Source: a virus (lineage: Duplodnaviria; Caudoviricetes). From it: a stretch of DNA of 64,000 nt. Positions 38,396 to 48,004 of the stretch are shown here, piece after piece; the stretch's first letter is position 1, and every line of letters starts with the position of its first letter. The notes under the pieces are model-generated. The model did not search any database, was not told the origin of the DNA, and saw only the letters and a program-made list of their open reading frames with translations. Location of the stretch: positions 1,163 to 65,162 of IMG/VR virus record IMGVR_UViG_3300032220_001032; one strand, 5' to 3'. Made by a program: the position numbers and the translations under genes.

Positions 38396-39256
38396 TTAGT
38401 TGATAGGTGATGGTGGTCCTATTAATTCTGGAGTGACTGGAACTTCCCCTTGCTGTCTAATTCTGTTTTGAGATCTTAATCTCATTTCTCTAAGATCATT
38501 TACTTGATCTTGTAAGCTTTCAAGTTTTGGATACCCATTAGGAAACTCTGCTCCAGGTAATATACTACCTGCTACTGGACTATCACCTTGATCTCCAGAG
38601 GTAGATCCAGTTGGTTCATATACATTCTCCTCTCCATACTTAGTCTCAAAGAAGTATACATCATAATTAAAGGTTACTGTTGTTCTTAGTAAAGAAGCTC
38701 CTTCATATGAAACTGGAATAGAAATTAAATTACTTGGAAATGCATTTCTTAAAGTGTACTTTACTATATTAGATGGTCTGAGATCTGACAATCTTGGGTC
38801 ATTTATTCTTTGATTTCTAGGTCTCAAATCTCTTTCCCATTTTGTTATAGTCACTGATCCTTCATATTGATCTGGATATTTATGAGTTACATATGAATCA
38901 GCAGAATTCCCTCTATTGTTAGATATAGAATTCATCCATGCTTCAAAATATCTAATCACACTGTAATCTTTATCAATATAAAAACTTACATCTACTGGAG
39001 GATAAACTCTTCTGGTTGGATATTGCTCTGTTCTTCCTTGTCTGTCTCCATAAACCTCTCCTAAATCATAAGAAGTTCCTGGAAGAACAGCTTCATATGC
39101 CATAAAATGTATGTCCTGCCAATTCACAGCAGGTCCTTTATTAAATGTTACAGGAGCATTAATATAAACATCAAAAGTATTAGATAGAGCTGGTTTAAAT
39201 TTTTTGATTAATTCAGTGGTGCTGTAATGATATCTTGTATATGCTGATGCTGCCAT
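38396..39256 (-). CDS. Tail tube / tube initiator (gp54/gp19-like)
   Basis: LPG..., FYIDKDY...YFEAW, Y.L.NAFP...TVTF.Y. Confidence 0.75.
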   Translation of the reverse strand: MAASAYTRYHYSTTELIKKFKPALSNTFDVYINAPVTFNKGPAVNWQDIHFMAYEAVLPGTSYDLGEVYGDRQGRTEQYPTRRVYPPVDVSFYIDKDYSVIRYFEAWMNSISNNRGNSADSYVTHKYPDQYEGSVTITKWERDLRPRNQRINDPRLSDLRPSNIVKYTLRNAFPSNLISIPVSYEGASLLRTTVTFNYDVYFFETKYGEENVYEPTGSTSGDQGDSPVAGSILPGAEFPNGYPKLESLQDQVNDLREMRLRSQNRIRQQGEVPVTPELIGPPSPIN

Positions 39257-39287
39257 CTAAATAACTAGAGTGTCCTATATTATATGT

Positions 39288-39722
39288 ATGAGCTATAAAG
39301 GGAGATTTAAACCTTCCTTCCCAGAAAAATATATTGGAGATCATCAAAATATAATTTATAGATCTCTTTGGGAATTAAAGTTTATGAACTATTGTGATAA
39401 GAATGAAAATATTTTAAAGTGGTCTAGCGAAGAAATTTGGATACCTTACTTATCTCCACTTGATAATAGAATTCACAAATATTTTCCAGACTTTTATATT
39501 AAGTATAAAGATACCAAAGGAACATTAAAGGAAAGTTTGATTGAAGTCAAACCAAAAAGGCAAGTCAATGGTCCTAATATTGGTAAGAGAGTTACTAAAA
39601 AGCAACTTGTTGAAATGAAAGAGTATGCCAAAAATCAGGCAAAGTGGAAAGCAGCAAAAGAATTTTGTGCTGATAGAAGATGGGATTTCCAAATATTAAC
39701 GGAGGATAATCTTGGCATATAA
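39288..39722 (+). CDS. gp4: Head completion nuclease gp4
   Basis: YRSLWE...WSSEE...YFPDF...IEVKP. Confidence 0.92.
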   Translation: MSYKGRFKPSFPEKYIGDHQNIIYRSLWELKFMNYCDKNENILKWSSEEIWIPYLSPLDNRIHKYFPDFYIKYKDTKGTLKESLIEVKPKRQVNGPNIGKRVTKKQLVEMKEYAKNQAKWKAAKEFCADRRWDFQILTEDNLGI

Positions 39723-40272
39723 AACTATCTTTGAACAAGTAGAAGAAAATAAAGGAACTAAAACTCCTACTAGAGAATGGTATAGAACTGCTGTCTTTGC
39801 TGCAAAGACCATACAATATGAAGATGATCCTGGAAAGTTAATCAGAGAAGAGCAATCTGATGAACCTGACAATAGATTGAAAAGAGATAAAAATGTAATG
39901 AGGGTTTATCCCAGATTGTTTAGTCTCATGCTTTATTCTTATAAGGCAAAGTATAGGGAAGAGTTGCCTTACTATGACAAGTATCCGCTAGCATTTGTTC
40001 TGGATGTAAATCCAAAATCATTCTTTGCTATAAATCTACATTACTATACACCATCACAAAGAATAGGAATAGTTCAAAGTTTAGCAGAAAATAAGATTCC
40101 AAGATTTGAAAAAGGAGCACATAAATATTTACTATCAGAGGTAAAAACTCCATACTTACATCTTGCAGAACAAGAATGGGAAACCATATGCATGTTACCA
40201 CTAGAAGAATTTGTTATGGACTTGGGTGGAGTAGAGATACCAATTCCATCAAATAAAGTGTGGGGAAGATAA
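39712..40272 (+). CDS. gp2: DNA end protector gp2
   Basis: LPYYDKYPL...INLHY; TTG start with GGAGG RBS. Confidence 0.85.
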   Translation: MAYKTIFEQVEENKGTKTPTREWYRTAVFAAKTIQYEDDPGKLIREEQSDEPDNRLKRDKNVMRVYPRLFSLMLYSYKAKYREELPYYDKYPLAFVLDVNPKSFFAINLHYYTPSQRIGIVQSLAENKIPRFEKGAHKYLLSEVKTPYLHLAEQEWETICMLPLEEFVMDLGGVEIPIPSNKVWGR

Positions 40273-41952
40273 ATGGCAGTAACACCACCACCAGCAGGAT
40301 GGACTCAAAGATCAACCAATCCACAAGAATATGAAGCAATATTAGATCTTGGAAATTTTAACAAGTACGAAGTAAATGTCAATGTTCAAACTGGACAGAG
40401 GCAAATTTATACAATAGATCCAATTCTTAGAGTAAGATCATTTGTTGGAACAATTAATGCAGATGGGACTACAGTAAGACAAGAAGCCTGGAATGGGATT
40501 GCAGCATTACCTAATGGACAAACAAGATTAAAGGAAATAATAGATGCTAGTAGAACTGCAGCAAATAAAATTGTAGGATCTGTTGGAACAGAAGCACAAA
40601 AAAGAAGTCTTGCAGAACAAAAAGAATTTGCAAAATTAAAAAGTCAATTGCCTCCAACTGGTCCTGGTTCAGTAGCAACTGGACAAACAAATCAAGATCA
40701 AACAGGTCCAAATTCTGGACCAGCATCTGGAATAGGAACTGGAGGAGGAGCACCAGTTACAACTACCTTTAGAAATAATGAGAATTTTAATAAGTCCGAT
40801 GAAGGATATCCTGCTCTTTTAAAATATCCATTAACCATTGATAATGGACAAGATTTTATGGTCATATCGATGTTTAACTATAAAGTAGCAGATGTTTTTT
40901 CTCAAGGAACAAATATTGATTTTAGTACAATTTTAAGGGGTGGTTCATTTTCTAATGGAGCAAAGGATCTTAAAGGATCAGTTAGACTGCCAATCCCATC
41001 AAATTTATCAGAAGCAAATCAAACTGGATGGGGAGACGATAGTCTCAGTAACTTAACTGCAGGATTAATGGGAGCAGCAACAGGAGCTGTAAAAGCATTA
41101 TCTGGTGGAGATCTTCTTGGTGCAACTGGAAGAACTGTTGAAGCTGGAACTGATATTTTTAAAGGACAATCTGCTGCTAAATCCCAAATAGAACAACAAC
41201 TAACTCTTAAAGCAGCAGCAGAAGCAGTTAAAAAATTAGGAATTAATGTTAATCCTGAAGCATATAGAGCAAGAGTTACTGGAACAGTTATTAATCCAAA
41301 TCTTGAATTGTTATTTAATGGACCAAAACTAAGGAGTTTTAATTTTACATTTAAAATGACTCCAAGAAGTGGAGATGAAGCTTATCAAATAAGACAAATA
41401 ATAAAATTCTTTAAAAAAGGAATGGCTCCAAAAAGAGCTACTGCTGCAGAAGATGCTTTCTTTTTAGGAGCACCTAATGTTTTTAGAATATCTTTCATGC
41501 ATATGGGAAAACCATCAAAGTCTTTACCTACATTAAAAACTTGTGCTCTCATTAACTTTAATGTGAACTATACTGCAGATGGTTTTTATTCTTCCTTTGG
41601 AGATGGACAACCAATATCTCTTCAGATTGACATGTCATTTGCAGAACTAACCCCAATCTATAATGATCATTATAATTTTGAAGAAGATAAAGTTGGGTTT
41701 AGTGGGGATCTAGATGGATTAGAATCTCAAAGATTCCAACTTCAACCAGAAACCACAACACCAAATTCAAATCAAGGTCCTGCTCAACCATCAAGGGGAG
41801 GAACTTCAGGAGTAGTTGCCCCTGCAGTTCCAGTCACTGGAGGAAGAAACCCAACTGCAATACCAGGAGATCCTGGATACAGACCACCATCACCAGGGGG
41901 AGGATTATTAGAGGGTACTGGGTCTCAATTTGATAGAAGAGGAGGATTTTAA
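40273..41952 (+). CDS. gp48: Baseplate tail-tube cap gp48
   Basis: NPNLELLFNGPKLRSFNF.FKMTPRS. Confidence 0.88.
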   Translation: MAVTPPPAGWTQRSTNPQEYEAILDLGNFNKYEVNVNVQTGQRQIYTIDPILRVRSFVGTINADGTTVRQEAWNGIAALPNGQTRLKEIIDASRTAANKIVGSVGTEAQKRSLAEQKEFAKLKSQLPPTGPGSVATGQTNQDQTGPNSGPASGIGTGGGAPVTTTFRNNENFNKSDEGYPALLKYPLTIDNGQDFMVISMFNYKVADVFSQGTNIDFSTILRGGSFSNGAKDLKGSVRLPIPSNLSEANQTGWGDDSLSNLTAGLMGAATGAVKALSGGDLLGATGRTVEAGTDIFKGQSAAKSQIEQQLTLKAAAEAVKKLGINVNPEAYRARVTGTVINPNLELLFNGPKLRSFNFTFKMTPRSGDEAYQIRQIIKFFKKGMAPKRATAAEDAFFLGAPNVFRISFMHMGKPSKSLPTLKTCALINFNVNYTADGFYSSFGDGQPISLQIDMSFAELTPIYNDHYNFEEDKVGFSGDLDGLESQRFQLQPETTTPNSNQGPAQPSRGGTSGVVAPAVPVTGGRNPTAIPGDPGYRPPSPGGGLLEGTGSQFDRRGGF

Positions 41953-41954
41953 TA

Positions 41955-42725
41955 ATGTCATACTTTAGAAACTTTTCAGACTTCTTATATCAGTCTCCAC
42001 TATCATCTAGAACTTCTTCTTATGATTCAGTAAGAGCAAAGAATTTATTTCGCAGAGCAAAAGTTAGAGATGATATATTTCAAGCAGCAGTAGCATTTGA
42101 TAAGTATAAAATCATAGGAGAAGAAAGACCAGATCAAGTTGCAAATAAACTTTATGGAAGTCCTCAATATGATTGGGTAGTATTAATCTCAAATAACATT
42201 ATTAATCTCAGAGAAGAATGGCCACTGTCAGACTCTGAGTTTAATAATTACATAGCAACAAAATATACTGCAGCAGAACTTGGTCAAGTACATCACTATG
42301 AAACAACTGCAGTGTTTGACTCCAGAGGAAAACTAATTACTCCTGGTGGTAAAATTGTGGATGGAAACTTTAGTGTTACTTACTTTGATTATGATGTTCA
42401 AGACCAAGAAATTATTGGAGTCCCATATACCTTTGATTCAACTACAGCAAGATTTGATTCTACTCTTGTAAGATTTGATATGAGTCAACAAGTTTTACAG
42501 AAACAAGGAAAAGCATTTACAGTAAATCCAGTAAAATCTGTAAGTGTATATGAATATGAAATCAAAAAGAACGAAGATAAGAGAACAATTTATGTCTTAA
42601 AGCCTAGATTCTTACAGACAATTATTGATGACATGGAAGAAATTATGAAGTATGGATTCTCATCTCAGTATGTAGATAGGAATACAAAAAAGGGAGATGA
42701 ACTTAGAGTCATCTCCCCCAGATAA
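41955..42725 (+). CDS. gp53: Baseplate wedge gp53
   Basis: ERPDQVA..LYG...DWVVLISNNI...EWPL. Confidence 0.9.
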   Translation: MSYFRNFSDFLYQSPLSSRTSSYDSVRAKNLFRRAKVRDDIFQAAVAFDKYKIIGEERPDQVANKLYGSPQYDWVVLISNNIINLREEWPLSDSEFNNYIATKYTAAELGQVHHYETTAVFDSRGKLITPGGKIVDGNFSVTYFDYDVQDQEIIGVPYTFDSTTARFDSTLVRFDMSQQVLQKQGKAFTVNPVKSVSVYEYEIKKNEDKRTIYVLKPRFLQTIIDDMEEIMKYGFSSQYVDRNTKKGDELRVISPR

Positions 42726-43646
42726 TCATTCCTCTGCCAGTCTCTGGAAGTAACTCAGAGCATCATCTTCCTCCTCATCAGAAGAAGATGAAGGACTTTG
42801 ATAACGAGTTCCACCAGACTTCCCCTGCAGAACCTCTCCATCAGTAGGAACTGGACCACGCTCATCATCCTCATCATCAAAGGATTCATCAACCTTAGGA
42901 GCAGACTTCTGACCAAGAACAGTCTTGAGTCTAGCATCCAGTTGCTCATAGGACTTGAAGTTGTCTGCCTTTACAAAGTCCTGGAGTGAATATGCTTTCT
43001 TCCAGATACCTTCCAGAACATCATCATCAAAGTCACCAAGAGTAGAAGTGGATTCAAACTCAGACTTATCATAGTTCCAGTAACCATCCTTCTTGGTAAT
43101 CTTCACTTTGAAGTTAGCACCATTCCAGAAGTCAAATGGATCAATGGGAGTCTCATCATCAAACTCTGGTTGCATTGCAGCAGAGATCTTGTCAAAGATC
43201 TTTTTACCATACTTAAAGAGAAATACCTTACCCTCATTCTCAGGGTGTGCTTTATCACTCACAACATAGATGTTGGAGTAATAAGAGAGTTTGCGCTTTC
43301 TCTGACGCACAATCTCTTGATTTGCTTTGCTTCCAGTGTTCCACAGTTCACGATTTGCTTCACACACTGGACATTGTTGACCAACAGTAGTCAGGCAATT
43401 GTCAATAAACCATCCACCAGTTCCCTGGAAAGCATGGTTATAGACCTTTGCCCAAGGGAGTTCTTCACCCTCAGGAGCAGGAAGGAAACGAATAACTGCA
43501 AAACCATTACCTGCTTTGTCTACTTCAGGTTTCCACAGACGATCATCTGTGTTACCACTTGAAGTATTCATCTTCTCTACTTCTTGTACCAGTTTAGAAG
43601 TCAGAGAACCAAGCTTAGATTGCTTTTTAAGATCGGCAAAGCCCAT
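42726..43646 (-). CDS. gp32: ssDNA-binding protein gp32
   Basis: AVIRFLPA, CPVCE, YGKKIFDKI, NYDKSEF, acidic tail. Confidence 0.95.
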   Translation of the reverse strand: MGFADLKKQSKLGSLTSKLVQEVEKMNTSSGNTDDRLWKPEVDKAGNGFAVIRFLPAPEGEELPWAKVYNHAFQGTGGWFIDNCLTTVGQQCPVCEANRELWNTGSKANQEIVRQRKRKLSYYSNIYVVSDKAHPENEGKVFLFKYGKKIFDKISAAMQPEFDDETPIDPFDFWNGANFKVKITKKDGYWNYDKSEFESTSTLGDFDDDVLEGIWKKAYSLQDFVKADNFKSYEQLDARLKTVLGQKSAPKVDESFDDEDDERGPVPTDGEVLQGKSGGTRYQSPSSSSDEEEDDALSYFQRLAEE

Positions 43647-43695
43647 TTAGATTACCTCGGATTAATTGGATTGATCGGATTAGGATCATGATTTG

Positions 43696-43734
43696 ATTGT
43701 AGCACAGGCAAGGATGCCTGTCAATGCTATTTAT
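43696..43734 (-). promoter_or_regulatory. gp32 promoters (late ATAAATA + TTGACA-N17-TACAAT)
   Basis: Direct motif match. Confidence 0.75.
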
Positions 43735-44066
43735 TTTCCTCTGTTGGCAGTTCTCCTGAGACCATCAATGGTCTTCCTCATAGAATCAAAAACATGGGAT
43801 ACATTTGGATTAGGACCAAACCCAAGAATCTTTGCAGACTCCACCATTTGTTCCTTCATTTTAATTGCATCTGGATCATCAGACAAACTCAATCTAGTAT
43901 AAAGAATTTTTTGTTTCTCTAGTAGTTCATCAAGGAGATCAATGTGAGCTAACTTTTGCTCTGAGTCCATTATAAAGAAAGATGGAATTTCTTTTACAAC
44001 CTTTCTCTGAATCTCTGCAATTTCGTCCATGTCTTTCTGGACCATCTCTGAATTAAAAAATGACAT
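43731..44066 (-). CDS. DUF1825-like cyanophage protein
   Basis: FFNSEMVQ...RLSLSDDP.A. Confidence 0.75.
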   Translation of the reverse strand: MSFFNSEMVQKDMDEIAEIQRKVVKEIPSFFIMDSEQKLAHIDLLDELLEKQKILYTRLSLSDDPDAIKMKEQMVESAKILGFGPNPNVSHVFDSMRKTIDGLRRTANRGK

Positions 44067-44067
44067 A

Positions 44068-44661
44068 TCAATCTCCTATAACAGTGTTCTTTAATATTTG
44101 TCTGTATTTGAACACATCAATATTTAGAAATGGTGTGTACTTCTTGATCTTTAAGGATACAGATTCCCAAATAGGATCCAAAAGTTTCTTATCAAAATCA
44201 TTCCTGATCAGGAAAATTTTATCATAAATCACTAGGGTTTCAGGGCTAATTTTCCCTATCAGGAATTTTTTCAAGACAGGAGGATGTCCCTTAGAACAAT
44301 CAAATGCTTTATCCAATTTGTATTCAGAAAAAAATTCTTCTGTCTCTTGAGTAAAGAGATACAATAAACTCTGCTGTCTTTTTACCCATTCCTTATAATT
44401 AGTCTCACCCTCTCTGATGACACTTCCAATCCACAAACTATTTGGATCATCTGCTCCTACAAAATTAGCGATGTAGAAATTTTTAATTTCCTCATCGCTC
44501 TTTTGTCTGCTTAGTTTTTCAAACCAATACTTGTCTTTTCTTTTGTTGAATGATTCTACTGATGCTCTAGATTTACCTGCATATTTGTGATAGTCATAAT
44601 TAGATTTGCTGAAATGATTTTTCAAAGCAAGGTATTGTTTATAAGCATCAAAGGGAGTCAT
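44068..44661 (-). CDS. gp59: Helicase loader gp59
   Basis: YLALKNHF...YDY.KY.GK...KRKDKYWFEKLSR. Confidence 0.9.
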   Translation of the reverse strand: MTPFDAYKQYLALKNHFSKSNYDYHKYAGKSRASVESFNKRKDKYWFEKLSRQKSDEEIKNFYIANFVGADDPNSLWIGSVIREGETNYKEWVKRQQSLLYLFTQETEEFFSEYKLDKAFDCSKGHPPVLKKFLIGKISPETLVIYDKIFLIRNDFDKKLLDPIWESVSLKIKKYTPFLNIDVFKYRQILKNTVIGD

Positions 44662-44915
44662 ATCAAAAGTTTTGCTCTAGAAGTTCTTTTCAAAAAGTTT
44701 AAATTAATAGCATCACATTTAATTTTTTCCTTCAATGGTTTGCTGATTAATTTGCCAACAGAATCAACTTCAATATTGTTCTGATCACAGTAATGAATTA
44801 TAGCATCAATATAATTCATATCTTTATTAACCTTAACAAGTTCTTCTATGATCTGAGAGAACTTTGCTTGGCATAAGAATTTTGATTCTAATGCTGATTT
44901 TAATTTACTTTCCAT
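44658..44915 (-). CDS. gp33: Late transcription coactivator gp33
   Basis: YIDAI..YC...KLISKPLKEKIK.DA..LNFLK. Confidence 0.9.
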   Translation of the reverse strand: MESKLKSALESKFLCQAKFSQIIEELVKVNKDMNYIDAIIHYCDQNNIEVDSVGKLISKPLKEKIKCDAINLNFLKRTSRAKLLI

Positions 44916-45588
44916 ATTCCTTTAGTTTTGTTTCTATAAAATCCTTAATATAGTTTGAAAGAAGTTTGATGTATTTCATTTTATCATACTCCTCATAGAC
45001 TACACAATCACCATCTTCACATGCCATTAGAATGACAAGTTTTTTAACAGGAATATTAGTCAGCTCATAGAACATGCAAGCATATGCTGCTGCTTGAACA
45101 AAGTAATGTTCAATCCATTCTCTGGGTTTTGCTTTCTTTGAGGTTTTAAAGTCAATGATTGCTAGCTCACCATTATATTCAGCAATGCAATCTACTGTAC
45201 CTGCTATGCCTAATTGCTTACTGTATAATGAAGACTCAAGTGCATAGATATTATTTATCTTGTTTAGTTCAGGATTAATTATCCTAAACAAGTGTTTAGA
45301 AATAAGAGACTTTTCAGGAAGTTCTGGAATGTTAAGAAGATAATTTTCAACCATGCTGTGCAAATCTGTGCCTCTGCTGGTTGCTTGTTTGTTAATTTTG
45401 TTTGCTTCCTCTTCTCCTACTCTCTTTCTCCAGTCCTCAAAAATATGTCTATTGTGATGACTAGTTACAGATGTGATGGAGACAAGCTTTAGAAGTTCAT
45501 CTCCATTAGGGACTTTATAGTATCTTACACCATCAATAGTCTCCCTCTGTAATTGAGGGAGACTAATATTCACATGATTAAACATCAA
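44905..45588 (-). CDS. PD-(D/E)XK exonuclease
   Basis: AGTVDCIAEYNGELAIIDFKTS...Q.AAYA. Confidence 0.88.
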   Translation of the reverse strand: MMFNHVNISLPQLQRETIDGVRYYKVPNGDELLKLVSITSVTSHHNRHIFEDWRKRVGEEEANKINKQATSRGTDLHSMVENYLLNIPELPEKSLISKHLFRIINPELNKINNIYALESSLYSKQLGIAGTVDCIAEYNGELAIIDFKTSKKAKPREWIEHYFVQAAAYACMFYELTNIPVKKLVILMACEDGDCVVYEEYDKMKYIKLLSNYIKDFIETKLKEYGK

Positions 45589-46343
45589 AAACCAGCTGCC
45601 ATTTTATTAACAATATAAGATTTTACAAGACCAGATCTTACAATGTCCTCAACTCCAAACTCAATGGTTTCAAACTCAGGCATTCTCTGAATAATTTTCA
45701 TGAAGTCCATGATACCATTGCGTTCATTTGTTTTTGTGAGGTCTGATTGTGTGGCATCACCACAGAACATGATTCTTGAATTGTCCCCAACCCTTGTAAT
45801 TATACTATCAAGTTCATGGAAGTTCAAGTTTTGACACTCATCAACAATAATGATGGAGTTGTCTAGAGTAGTTCCTCTAATAAAGGAGGTGCTCCAGAAA
45901 GTAACTGTTTCCTGAGACTTTAGATTGCCATAGAGCATTTCAAACTCTGCATCAGTTGGCATCTCAAACATGTACTTAACCATGTTCTTGTATGGGATCT
46001 GATACAGAGCAGACTTATCATCATGATCCCCAGGAAGGAAACCAATTTCTCTAGTGGCAACAAGAGATCTAACAACCACAATCTTTTGATATGGAGTAAT
46101 CTCACTTAGAACATCTTTGAGTGCAAGATAAAGTGCACAAAATGTTTTACCAGTTCCTGCACATCCATATACAAACAGATGTTTATCTGAGTTGTATGCT
46201 TCAAAAAGTTTACTTTGATTCTCTGTTACAGGAGTAATATCTAAGAGAAGATCACTATTAATTGGTTTTCTTCTCTTCATTTGTTTTGCAGTCATGCCAA
46301 TTCCAATTGGCTGCAAATCATTGCCTCTTCTTTTTCTTGCCAT
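45585..46343 (-). CDS. phoH: PhoH-like ATPase
   Basis: GCAGTGKT, IGFLPG, RGTTL, DECQN, TRVG, GDATQSD. Confidence 0.93.
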   Translation of the reverse strand: MARKRRGNDLQPIGIGMTAKQMKRRKPINSDLLLDITPVTENQSKLFEAYNSDKHLFVYGCAGTGKTFCALYLALKDVLSEITPYQKIVVVRSLVATREIGFLPGDHDDKSALYQIPYKNMVKYMFEMPTDAEFEMLYGNLKSQETVTFWSTSFIRGTTLDNSIIIVDECQNLNFHELDSIITRVGDNSRIMFCGDATQSDLTKTNERNGIMDFMKIIQRMPEFETIEFGVEDIVRSGLVKSYIVNKMAAGF

Positions 46344-46585
46344 TAGATTTTCTTTACACGTGAACCAGGAGCTTTACTTGCCTTAGCAAGTACATCATTC
46401 CAACCAGGATTTTTAGAGACCAATTTATTTCTCCAGTCTCCTACTTCTCCTGGACTTGCACAACCTTCAGACCAATCCCTTCTCCATTCTGGATTGTCTT
46501 TATACCATTGAGTAATATCATGAACACTCATTTCTACTACTCTTTTTTCTCCTGTCTCAACATGAACAATAGGATAAATCGCCAT
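46343..46585 (-). CDS. Conserved cyanomyovirus protein upstream of phoH (FmdB-like)
   Basis: MAIYPIV..ETGE...GWNDVL.K..KAPGS. Confidence 0.7.
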   Translation of the reverse strand: MAIYPIVHVETGEKRVVEMSVHDITQWYKDNPEWRRDWSEGCASPGEVGDWRNKLVSKNPGWNDVLAKASKAPGSRVKKI

Positions 46586-46610
46586 AGATTATATCAGAAT
46601 GTAAAGATAT

Positions 46611-47300
46611 TTATTCAATAGTAATGGATGGTGCATCCACACACTCAGGACAGTTTTCAGGTTCCCATCCAAGTGCTTCTGCAACAGAAGGGAACTGACA
46701 AATAAAGACACATCTAGCTGCCTCTGCAATGTCCATATGCTCTTTCTGTGTGCCATGAGCAGATCTAAGATTGATATAATGAATCCAAGATCTACAAGAA
46801 CCAGTCATATAAATTCTGGTAGGTGTTGCCAAAGGAAGAACAAACCTTGCACATTCCTTTGCAACTCCTGCCTCAAGCATTCTCTTGTAGAGATTGTTAG
46901 AATGTTTAAACAGTTCAGCAATTTCTGTTTGAAACTTGAGCTTCACATAGTCACCAAGATCATCAGTAGAATTTTGACGATTCTTGGTATCTTGTTTGCG
47001 AAGATCTGGAATAGGAATATTCTCAGTGATTAGATTTGTGTCTGCATACCTCTGTGAAAATTCTTGAAATGTGAAGCTTCTATGTCGAAGCACTTGTGCT
47101 GCAATGCCACGAGTAGTTTCAATCTCAAGAGTCATAGTAGACTGTTCAAAAACAGACCAATGATTATGCTTAATACAATAAGCAAGCAACTTGGCATAGT
47201 TTTCATTGTCTTGATTCGCAGGATTGCTAACTCTAGCAATGTATGCCATTGTTTTTTCTGCATCTGGAGTGACTGAAATTAGTTTAACTTTCGAACTCAT
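46611..47300 (-). CDS. thyX: Flavin-dependent thymidylate synthase
   Basis: RHRSFTFQEFSQRY, EC.ARFVLP, TQKEH. Confidence 0.95.
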   Translation of the reverse strand: MSSKVKLISVTPDAEKTMAYIARVSNPANQDNENYAKLLAYCIKHNHWSVFEQSTMTLEIETTRGIAAQVLRHRSFTFQEFSQRYADTNLITENIPIPDLRKQDTKNRQNSTDDLGDYVKLKFQTEIAELFKHSNNLYKRMLEAGVAKECARFVLPLATPTRIYMTGSCRSWIHYINLRSAHGTQKEHMDIAEAARCVFICQFPSVAEALGWEPENCPECVDAPSITIE

Positions 47301-47445
47301 CTTGTTCTCCTTTCATATGTTTTAGTAGAAGTGCTTTTTGAGCAAGTTTTTTTGCTTTCCTCATGTATCTGAGTTCCTTCTCATCATACAACCAAGGTTG
47401 TTTTAAAGCAACCTTAGAGAGTCTTATGGCGTCTTGAAACTTCAT
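47284..47445 (-). CDS. Hypothetical basic protein (53 aa)
   Basis: Manual ORF MKFQDAIRLSKVALKQPWLYDEKELRYMRK... Confidence 0.6.
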   Translation of the reverse strand: MKFQDAIRLSKVALKQPWLYDEKELRYMRKAKKLAQKALLLKHMKGEQDEFES

Positions 47446-47597
47446 CAAAACACCTCATCATAATCTTCAGTATAAGGAGTAACCATTGCTCCTTCTTCTG
47501 TTGAGATTTGCATAGGAGGTCCTTCTACTTCATGCTTTAAAGATTGAACTAGAAGTTCCATGTTTCTAACAATCATTCTAACTTTTTCTGTGTCCAT
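47445..47597 (-). CDS. Hypothetical protein (50 aa)
   Basis: Manual ORF MDTEKVRMIVRNMELLVQSLKHEV... Confidence 0.65.
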   Translation of the reverse strand: MDTEKVRMIVRNMELLVQSLKHEVEGPPMQISTEEGAMVTPYTEDYDEVF

Positions 47598-47618
47598 GAG
47601 AACTAGTATTCTCAAGAA

Positions 47619-47656
47619 ATTATAGACAAAAAAAGGGGGGAAGTCAATCCCCCCTT
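47619..47656 (-). terminator. Intrinsic terminator containing a sigma70 promoter
   Basis: AAGGGGGGA-TTGACT-TCCCCCCTT-TTTTT; TTGACT-N17-TATAAT. Confidence 0.8.
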
Positions 47657-47660
47657 GAAA

Positions 47661-47744
47661 TTATTTCATTGCCATTGCAAGTTGTGCTTGCTGCAATCTT
47701 TGTTGCTTTTCAATTTGTTTTCTAATTACTTCTAACCAGTTCAT
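47661..47744 (-). CDS. 27-aa helical peptide coupled to the DUF4278 gene
   Basis: MNWLEVIRKQIEKQQRLQQAQLAMAMK; ATGA overlap; GGAGG RBS. Confidence 0.65.
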   Translation of the reverse strand: MNWLEVIRKQIEKQQRLQQAQLAMAMK

Positions 47745-47899
47745 TGTGCTACCTCCTGATTTTTACAAGAACGATAGGCAACACCACGATAGGTGTTAGC
47801 AGGATGTGCTGGTGCATGTGTCTGTGAATACCACTTACGATACTCTTCTTTAGGTACATCAGTATTATACTGACAACCTCTATAGGTTGCTTGTGACAT
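47741..47899 (-). CDS. DUF4278 family protein (52 aa)
   Basis: MSQATYRGCQY...NTYRGVAY (two TYRG motifs); AAGGAG RBS; missing from ORF track. Confidence 0.85.
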   Translation of the reverse strand: MSQATYRGCQYNTDVPKEEYRKWYSQTHAPAHPANTYRGVAYRSCKNQEVAQ

Positions 47900-47928
47900 G
47901 GATTTGCTCCTTTACTATTGTAAAAGTG

Positions 47929-47981
47929 CGTTCCTTCGGTATCCCTACTTCCGTTTGCTATTTGCAAATAGCAAATGAACG
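47929..47981 (-). ncRNA. Glutamine riboswitch (glnA-type RNA motif)
   Basis: CGUUCA-[UUUGCUAUU/AAUAGCAAA]-CGGAAGUA-GG(GAUA)CC-GAAGGAACG. Confidence 0.88.
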
Positions 47982-48004
47982 TGTTTTATCTATAAGAATA
48001 ATTT

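Noticed and set aside
44905-45588. Cas4 / CRISPR adaptation call
   Set aside because: No four-Cys Fe-S pattern or array; standard exonuclease position between phoH and gp33
46343-46615. Pho box upstream of phoH
   Set aside because: No convincing tandem repeat; only a late-promoter motif
47749-47967. 72-aa ORF from the track
   Set aside because: Starts inside the riboswitch; the real gene is the 52-aa DUF4278 ORF in another frame
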